Shown here piece after piece: positions 57,771 to 64,000 of a DNA stretch of 64,000 nt. How positions within the stretch are numbered: position 1 is the stretch's first letter; every line of letters starts with the position of its first letter. The notes under the pieces were generated by a model, which was not told the DNA's origin, searched no databases, and saw nothing but the letters and a program-made list of their open reading frames with translations. This DNA is from Brevinematia bacterium (GTDB lineage Bacteria; Spirochaetota; Brevinematia; Brevinematales; JAOACQ01), in NCBI GenBank assembly GCA_049968515.1, contig JBMFQR010000009.1, positions 1,528-65,527 on the forward strand. Direction: 5' to 3'. The position numbers were made by a program, and so were the translations under genes.

Positions 57771-58802
57771 ATGAGGTATTTTATCTTAATCTCTCTTATT
57801 CTCTTAGCTGGTTGTGCACCGGTAAAAAAAGATACCGTGGCAAAGGTTTTCAATTCTGGCATAAAGGGCAACTACCCGGAAGGTTCTGTTGTGGCAAAAT
57901 ATGGGAAGCTTTGTGTAATAGGAACAAAACTCTGCGATAATAAGGGAAATCCAGTTCAGCTAATGGGTATGAGCACCCATGATATAACCACAAGCTATGC
58001 TTATATTACTCCGCAGACTGTTAGCTATCTGGCAAAGAGCTGGAAGATTGATGTCCTCAGGATTGCAATGTATTACGACAACGAAAAGTATGCTAATAAT
58101 CCAGAGGAGGTTAAATCGAGGGTTAAAAGCATTGTTGATATCTGCGAATCGAATGGGATTTATGTTATAATTGACTGGCATACTCTATCCGATAAAAATC
58201 CTCTCAAGCACAAAGAGAAAGCAAAGGCTTTTTTTGATGAGATGTCCTATCTTTATGGTGAGAAGGATCATGTAATTTATGAAATATGCAATGAGCCCAA
58301 TGGAGAGGATGTTCACTGGAATAACGCAATAAAGCCTTATGCAATGGAAGTTATACCTGTCATCAGAAAGCATGATGGCGATGCAATAATACTTGTAGGA
58401 ACAGGGACATGGTCTCAGGATATAGATGAACCTGCTTTAGACCCATTACCTTACTCAAATGTAATGTATGTTTTTCATTTTTACGCCAATAGCCACAAAC
58501 AGGAGTTAAGGGAAAGGGTGATATCAGTAGCTGATAAAATACCTCTCTTTTGTTCTGAGTGGGGGACAACCGGTAATACTGGTCTAAGTGGCTTTAATCC
58601 AGAAGAGTCAAGAATATGGCTTGAATTGCTGGCAAAGTATAAGATAAGCTGGTGCAACTGGGCATTCTGGGCTGCAGCAGATGATTGTGCTGCCATAAAG
58701 ATCTTCAAGCTCAAGGCTGGCTCACTCGAAAGTGGAGACATCACCGATGATATGCTGTCAAAGTCTGGTAGATTTGTGAGAGACTGGTTGACAAACAGGT
58801 AA
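57771..58802 (+). CDS. glycoside hydrolase family 5 endoglucanase (cellulase), lipoprotein
   Basis: Lipobox LLAGCAP. Acid/base IYEICNEPNG and nucleophile FCSEWGT, HFY block. SD AGGAGG; starts 15 nt after the giant gene. Confidence 0.8.
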   Translation: MRYFILISLILLAGCAPVKKDTVAKVFNSGIKGNYPEGSVVAKYGKLCVIGTKLCDNKGNPVQLMGMSTHDITTSYAYITPQTVSYLAKSWKIDVLRIAMYYDNEKYANNPEEVKSRVKSIVDICESNGIYVIIDWHTLSDKNPLKHKEKAKAFFDEMSYLYGEKDHVIYEICNEPNGEDVHWNNAIKPYAMEVIPVIRKHDGDAIILVGTGTWSQDIDEPALDPLPYSNVMYVFHFYANSHKQELRERVISVADKIPLFCSEWGTTGNTGLSGFNPEESRIWLELLAKYKISWCNWAFWAAADDCAAIKIFKLKAGSLESGDITDDMLSKSGRFVRDWLTNR

Positions 58803-58897
58803 ATCTTTAAAAAATTGCACATTAAGATAGAAAAAGTCTTTCTAATTCTATTTAAAGTATATATTGTTATTTCCGATAAATCTAACAAGAGTTTTAT

Positions 58898-60076
58898 ATG
58901 ATTACAGAAGAACTATACAGAGAAGAAAGAGAAATAATCAAGTTCATTTCTTTATTCTGTGCCAATGGTATTTCTGGTATTTTAAAGGATCAGGATGTAA
59001 GATTTAATGTAAGATTTAAAGAATATAGAAATGGACAGATTATTTTTTCAAGTGTGGAATGCAATAGAGCGGGTGTAACACTCGGTGATTATAAGATGCG
59101 CCCCCTTGAAGCAGAGGTAGTTATGGGAGCAAATGTTTTTCTTTTTACTGTAATCCCCGTGAGCGATAAAGCAATCTCCCTTCCAGACGCCATAAAATCC
59201 CATCCCAAAAGAAAGGCCGTAAGAATAAAGGTTGCAGGTAACCCTTTTATTTTAAAAATGTATGCTATTCTTACCTTGAAGGTTGTTGACCCTTCAATTC
59301 AGGATGAAGAACTTGCAAAAAAGATACATCTTATAATTAGTACCATCGAAAGTACGCTTATAAGATCAGAAAACTATGACATTGCTAAAATTACACTTTT
59401 TGATGGCACAGAGAAAAATCCTATTTTTCAACTTATAAAGAAATTCCAGAAGCCTTTTGTTGTTTTTGATACCTCAAATTTTTCTGTGAAAGGAGAAAAT
59501 GTCCTGACTTATGAAGATTATGTAAAATTTATGAATGAAGCGGGGCTTGACAGTAAAGGAATTTTACAACAACTTGATAAGATGAAGGAATTCTATAAAA
59601 AGCATGGGATAAGAAGTGAAGCCACAGTACCGCTTGTTTTTGAAGATGAAGTGATAGGGGTTATAAAGGTTGTTTCTCTTAAAGATGTCATGAGTAAGCC
59701 TTCTGTTATAAGACTTAATCAGCTTTCTTTAAAAGCGGTGGATGATTTGTTTACAAGATGTGCTTTCGAGATAGTATCAAAAGAGCCCCAGACAATTGTG
59801 GATTTAGGAGTAAATGGAGCAAAATTAATAATAAATCAGAAGGATTTTTATAAGTATTTGAGATTGATGAAAAGGATTTATATACAGCTCATATTTCCAG
59901 ATGATACAATGATAAAGACAATGGCTACGGTTGTAAATATCTATGAGCCAACGCTTGAAGGATATAAGGTTATCGGAATAAAGTTTTCTGCAAATATGGA
60001 TTGGAAGGATAAAAATAAGCTTGATGAGTTTATCCAGAGTGTTGTCAGACTGCAAAACTCCGATTTGATTGCATAG
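58898..60076 (+). CDS. PilZN / GAF-like / PilZ-like protein, paralogue of 25442..26689
   Basis: ISLPDAIKSHPKRKAVRIKV (RxxxR), GAF-like VPLVFEDEVIGVIKVVS, C-terminal VDLGVNGAKL (degenerate DxSxxG). Same domain order and length class as the paralogue. Confidence 0.45.
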   Translation: MITEELYREEREIIKFISLFCANGISGILKDQDVRFNVRFKEYRNGQIIFSSVECNRAGVTLGDYKMRPLEAEVVMGANVFLFTVIPVSDKAISLPDAIKSHPKRKAVRIKVAGNPFILKMYAILTLKVVDPSIQDEELAKKIHLIISTIESTLIRSENYDIAKITLFDGTEKNPIFQLIKKFQKPFVVFDTSNFSVKGENVLTYEDYVKFMNEAGLDSKGILQQLDKMKEFYKKHGIRSEATVPLVFEDEVIGVIKVVSLKDVMSKPSVIRLNQLSLKAVDDLFTRCAFEIVSKEPQTIVDLGVNGAKLIINQKDFYKYLRLMKRIYIQLIFPDDTMIKTMATVVNIYEPTLEGYKVIGIKFSANMDWKDKNKLDEFIQSVVRLQNSDLIA

Positions 60077-60090
60077 GGATTAAAATCTCC

Positions 60091-62529
60091 CTATTTCCCT
60101 CTAAGTTCTTCAGGTGTTATCAAAACCTCTCTCGGTTTACCACTTCCCTTTGAAGGTCCTAAAATCTTCATCCTATCCATTGCCTCAATTATTCTTGATG
60201 CCCTGTTGTACCCTATTCTAAATCTTCTCTGAAGAAATGAAGCAGAAACTTCTCCATTTTCTGTAGCTACTCTAAGACACTCCTTAAAGAGAGGATCTTC
60301 CGTGTAGTCAGTAATACTTTCATCATCCTGTATTTCTGTTTCTTTTTCAAGAAGCTCGGTTGGATTGATAACATATTCAGGCTCTCCATTTCTTTTCAAA
60401 GTTTTCACTATGGTTTCAACATCTCTTATTGAAACAAAAGGAGCCTGAATTCTTATAAGGTCAATGAAGTTTGGTGTCATAAATAATAAATCTCCTTTGC
60501 CCAGCAACTTTTCTGCACCACTTCTGTCAAGGATTGTTCTCGAATCGGTCTGAGAGCTTACTCTGAACGCTATTCTTGAAGGAAAATTAGCCTTTATTAT
60601 TCCAGTAACCACATCAACGCTCGGTCTCTGGGTTGCAACCACAAGGTGAATGCCTGTTGCCCTTGCCATTGCTGCCAGTCTCGATATTATTTTCTCCGTC
60701 TCCTTAGGCAGCCTCAGCATAAGGTTAGCAAATTCATCTATAATTATAACAATAAATGGTAACTTTTCACTTTCAGGAAGGTTATTTATTGAAATTTCTT
60801 TATTATAGTCAATTATATTTCTAACACCAGCTTCACTTAAAAGGTTATATCTGTTATCCATTTCTTCTGAGACCCATTCGAGCACGGCAATAGCTTCCTC
60901 CGGGCTTGTTATTACAGGGGAGAGAAGGTGTGGTATCCCATCATAGAGTTCAAGTTCAACCATCTTTGGATCTATAAGTATGAATTTGACCTCGTCTGAT
61001 GTTCTTCTAAATACTATGCCGGCTATCAAAGAGTTTACAAAGACACTTTTCCCGCTTCCAGTAGTGCCAGCAATCAAAAGATGCGGCATTTCTGTAAGGT
61101 CCTCAATTATAATATTACCAGCAATGTCCTTACCTAAAATCAAAGGAAGAATAGCCTTCGACTTCTTAAAATTTTCGCTTTCTATAATTTCTCTAAGTAC
61201 TACTGTATCTCTTATCTGGTTTGGAACTTCAATGCCTATAATGCTTTTATTGCCAATCGGTGCAACTATCCTCAGATGTTTTGTGCCAAGTTTTAATGCA
61301 AGGTCATCTGTCAGATTTACTATACTTTTCAGTTTCAGTCCATCAGGAGGTAATATCTCATATCTTGTAATTGATGGTCCACGCGAATACCCGGATACTT
61401 TAACATCTATTCTGAAACTTGCAAATGTAGTCTCAATAATCTCCGACACTCTTTTTATTTCTGTTTCCTCCTCTGAATGAGAAAGAGTTTTAAAGCTTTT
61501 TTCAAGCTCCTCTACTGCTGGAAATATGTAGTTTTCCAGTTTATTTTCAGGAATGTATGAGAGAGCCTCTTCATCTTTCTCTCTCTGTGCAATGATTTCT
61601 CTGTAATCCGCCTCACCGGTAATTTCTTCTTCTTCAACAATTGAGTTTTCTTCAATACTTTCTTCTAAAATTGGTACTGGCATATTTGTTTCTTCAGCTT
61701 CTTTTATTTGCCGCATTTTTTCTTCTGGCTGATTGGATATTTCTTCTTCAACTGGTAGTTTTTTTATTTTATTCAACACCTTTTCCTTCTCATTTCTGTC
61801 AATAATCCAGGCAGGAACACTTTCCTTTAAAGCTGTTTTTTCAAAAACGACATCCTGCTTTTTCAGAAATTCTGGCTCTTTAACACTGATATTCTGGTCT
61901 TCTTTTTTTTCAGGCTGTTCTTTTATTTCAACATCAGGAAAATCAAATTGCTTTTGATGGGATGTTTTATTTTTCTGCATTCTTTTTGATGATAAAATCC
62001 AGTTAAATGGAAAAACAAAAATGAATATAAGTGCTTTTCCAACTAATGATGTAAATGACCTAAAAAGCTTCATTGAAGATATTAAGGAAATTAAAAAAAG
62101 AGAAAGAAAAAGAATGAAAATAAATTCTTTTGGAAGAAACTCACCCAATAGATTTGAGATTACAGTCCCGGAGATTCCAAACCTTATAAAATCTGGATTT
62201 TTTGATATTGCAGACAATGCAATCGATAAAGAGATTGCAGAAATAAAGAAGAGAATAAATTTGGTAAGTACTTTGCCAATCTTTTTGTTCGTCAGAAGAT
62301 TAATCCCCATTGAAAAAAATCCAAAATTTAATATGTAGGAAGCAAATTTTCCGTACATTGTTATAAAAATTGAGGATAGAAATACCCCAATTTTACCGGC
62401 TATATTTTGAGGGATTCTGAGATAGCTGGAGGTGAAAAATGAGGAATCCAGTGGCGAAAAACTTATTAACGAAAGAAAAAGCACACCTGAAAATGCAATA
62501 ATAAGATATCCAAAAATTATTTTAATCAT
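60091..62529 (-). CDS. ftsK: DNA translocase FtsK/SpoIIIE
   Basis: N-terminal TM segments, acidic linker, Walker A AGTTGSGKSV, Walker B IVIIIDEFA, C-terminal gamma winged helix SASFLQRRFRIGYNRASRIIE. Confidence 0.95.
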   Translation of the reverse strand: MIKIIFGYLIIAFSGVLFLSLISFSPLDSSFFTSSYLRIPQNIAGKIGVFLSSIFITMYGKFASYILNFGFFSMGINLLTNKKIGKVLTKFILFFISAISLSIALSAISKNPDFIRFGISGTVISNLLGEFLPKEFIFILFLSLFLISLISSMKLFRSFTSLVGKALIFIFVFPFNWILSSKRMQKNKTSHQKQFDFPDVEIKEQPEKKEDQNISVKEPEFLKKQDVVFEKTALKESVPAWIIDRNEKEKVLNKIKKLPVEEEISNQPEEKMRQIKEAEETNMPVPILEESIEENSIVEEEEITGEADYREIIAQREKDEEALSYIPENKLENYIFPAVEELEKSFKTLSHSEEETEIKRVSEIIETTFASFRIDVKVSGYSRGPSITRYEILPPDGLKLKSIVNLTDDLALKLGTKHLRIVAPIGNKSIIGIEVPNQIRDTVVLREIIESENFKKSKAILPLILGKDIAGNIIIEDLTEMPHLLIAGTTGSGKSVFVNSLIAGIVFRRTSDEVKFILIDPKMVELELYDGIPHLLSPVITSPEEAIAVLEWVSEEMDNRYNLLSEAGVRNIIDYNKEISINNLPESEKLPFIVIIIDEFANLMLRLPKETEKIISRLAAMARATGIHLVVATQRPSVDVVTGIIKANFPSRIAFRVSSQTDSRTILDRSGAEKLLGKGDLLFMTPNFIDLIRIQAPFVSIRDVETIVKTLKRNGEPEYVINPTELLEKETEIQDDESITDYTEDPLFKECLRVATENGEVSASFLQRRFRIGYNRASRIIEAMDRMKILGPSKGSGKPREVLITPEELRGK

Positions 62530-62539
62530 AGTTTTTACT

Positions 62540-63343
62540 TTATTTCTTTATTAAAAAATATATAATTATTGCTAAACCCAAAATTATTCTGTAAACCGCA
62601 AAAGGCACAAAATTATGTTTTCTTATAAAGTTAATAAAGAAGGAAATTATAAAATATGCTACAATAAAAGATGTAACAAACCCTGTAATCAAAAGACCCC
62701 ATTCCTTTAAAGTAATATTAAAGCCAGTTTTAAGAATTGAGTATCCAGTCGCCATTAACATTGTCGGCAGAGCAAGAAAAAAAGAAAACTCTACGGCTAT
62801 ACCCCTCGAAAGTCCCAAAAACATTGCACCAATTATTGTGGCAGCCGACCTTGATGTCCCCGGAATGAATGATAAACATTGAAAAAGTCCGATTAGTATG
62901 CATATTTTATAATCAAGCTGGTTTATGGAATAATATTTAAAGTTACTATTCCTCATTTCAAGTAATATCATAACCAATCCACCAAGAAGTAACATTATTG
63001 CTACAACAATTGGGTTAAATAGAAACTTCTGTATCAATCCGCCGAATAAAGCCCCTATAACAATTGAGGGAATAACTGCAATAAGTGTTTTAAGCCATAG
63101 ATTATACGTTTCCTGTCTTTGCTTGCCCTCCTTGTTTTTCTCAAATGGATTGAGCCTGTGCCAGAAATAAAAAACCACGGATAATATGGCACCAAGCTGA
63201 ATAAATATATCGAAAGTTTTCTCAAATCCCCTTTCAAATGAAAGAAACTGATTCAGTAGTATAAGATGCCCTGTGCTGCTAATCGGCAAAAATTCAGTAA
63301 AGCCTTCCACTATACCTAAAAGAATTGCTTTAATAAAATCCAT
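62540..63343 (-). CDS. uppP: undecaprenyl-diphosphate phosphatase
   Basis: GIVEGFTEFLPISSTGHL and IPGTSRSAATI motifs. Start moved to ATG 63343 (AGGAG upstream); the track start at 63358 is a TTG. Confidence 0.9.
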   Translation of the reverse strand: MDFIKAILLGIVEGFTEFLPISSTGHLILLNQFLSFERGFEKTFDIFIQLGAILSVVFYFWHRLNPFEKNKEGKQRQETYNLWLKTLIAVIPSIVIGALFGGLIQKFLFNPIVVAIMLLLGGLVMILLEMRNSNFKYYSINQLDYKICILIGLFQCLSFIPGTSRSAATIIGAMFLGLSRGIAVEFSFFLALPTMLMATGYSILKTGFNITLKEWGLLITGFVTSFIVAYFIISFFINFIRKHNFVPFAVYRIILGLAIIIYFLIKK

Positions 63344-63592
63344 TTTTTCTCCTATCAAAATCTGCTATATGATTTTAAAAAGAAATTATGATAAAATCAA
63401 ATAAACTTATACAAGAAAGAATTAACGTGAATTGAATGATTTTTATAAGTTTGAATTGAGATAGGCAGTATACACGCTCGTCTTTTGTATCAAACACACC
63501 TCCCAGCCACCTACAGTAATACTCACTCAATTCAGGTTTTACATAAATTTTGTAAAATTTTAATTTTCTTGACACACAAAGCAATGGAATTT

Positions 63593-63646
63593 TGTTGTTA
63601 CAATAATGAGAGTGGAAATATAACTCAAAGTTTGAAAGTGGAAAAG
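63593..63646 (+). repeat. 54-nt element, copy 2, 25 nt upstream of the transposase-like ORF
   Basis: TGTTGTTACAATAATGAGAGTGGAAATATAACTCAAAGTTTGAAAGTGGAAAAG; 52/54 identical to the minus strand of 36157-36210. Confidence 0.8.
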
Positions 63647-63670
63647 TTTAAGAAAAGAAAACCTCCTTGC

Positions 63671-64000
63671 ATGCCGAAAATATCTGGCAGAGGCAAGGAG
63701 GTTAAAATGCTTCAACGTGATATTATTATCGAACATTTCAGGCAAGTAGATGAGGGAAAAATGAAAATATCTTCTTTATGCCTAATTCATGGAGTAAAGA
63801 AAAGCCAACTTTATAAGCTTTACAAAAGGTATAAAGAAGGCAAAGAGGTATTTTTAAAGAGGGGGCACAGGAAGAAGAGGCTTACAGAAGAATGGGCTTT
63901 AATAATTCAACAAAAGTATAAAGAGTTAATCATCAAGGATGGAGATAGGTTTTTATATCCATCCATGCAAATACTTAGAAACATAGTTGAGAATGACAAT
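63671..64000 (+). mobile_element. 5' part of an HTH-containing transposase/integrase-like gene (runs off the window)
   Basis: Open frame from ATG 63671 to the window end, not in the track because it has no stop: MPKISGRGKEVKMLQRDIIIEHFRQVDEGKMKISSLCLIHGVKKSQLYKLYKRYKEGKEVFLKRGHRKKRLTEEW... The HTH plus basic linker is typical of IS481/IS3-type DDE transposase N-termini. Confidence 0.4.

Noticed and set aside
60980-61480. 166-aa plus-strand ORF inside ftsK. Similar antisense ORFs occur at 61733-61957, 62021-62338, 20531-20875, 18028-18598, 14081-14434 and 58481-58888.
   Set aside because: All lie antisense to genes with clear catalytic motifs. Their composition is biased (S/F/L/I-rich) and they lack SD sequences.
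63375-63745. Two minus-strand ORFs of 69 and 61 aa between uppP and the transposase-like ORF.
   Set aside because: They overlap the 54-nt repeat and the transposase leader, have no motifs and have poor start context. They are probably non-coding.

Overview
AT-rich (roughly one-third G+C by eye), gene-dense bacterial chromosomal window with about 60 protein genes. I saw no rRNA, tRNA or CRISPR array. All calls rest on motif recognition in the supplied translations and on reading the DNA; no database search was possible. Housekeeping content: class II ribonucleotide reductase, ychF, ruvA, a LivJHMGF-type amino-acid ABC importer, metF, tmk, a type IIA topoisomerase B subunit, prfA, an MsbA-like exporter, mraY, panD, mcsA-mcsB-clpC, hisI-hisG, ftsK and uppP. 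A minus-strand flagellar block runs fliP-fliQ-fliR-flhB-flhA-flhF-flhG-[aldehyde dehydrogenase]-fliK-flgD-flgE. Best candidates for something undescribed: (1) a tightly coupled operon of two FlaA-family (spirochaete-type flagellar filament outer-layer) genes, a WD40 propeller and a PilZN/GAF-like/PilZ-like protein (25442-29314). (2) A 5.6-kb gene for a 1876-aa signal-peptide protein with a BAM-type C-terminal beta-signal, tentatively SprA/Sov-like, co-oriented with a WG-repeat lipoprotein, a DJ-1 protein and a GH5 lipoprotein, and followed by a second copy of the PilZ-like protein (51047-60076). (3) A cysteine-free FlgE with Lys165 but Ser178, the residue numbers of the spirochaete lysinoalanine crosslink. 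Accessory DNA: a vapBC cassette bracketed by a duplicated terminator, a 54-nt element present twice in the window, and a truncated HTH/transposase-like ORF at the right edge. Spirochaete-like, FCB-like (SprA) and Firmicute-like (McsAB-ClpC) families occur together, so taxonomic placement is uncertain. Several track ORF starts were shortened to internal ATGs with better Shine-Dalgarno context; these are noted per feature.
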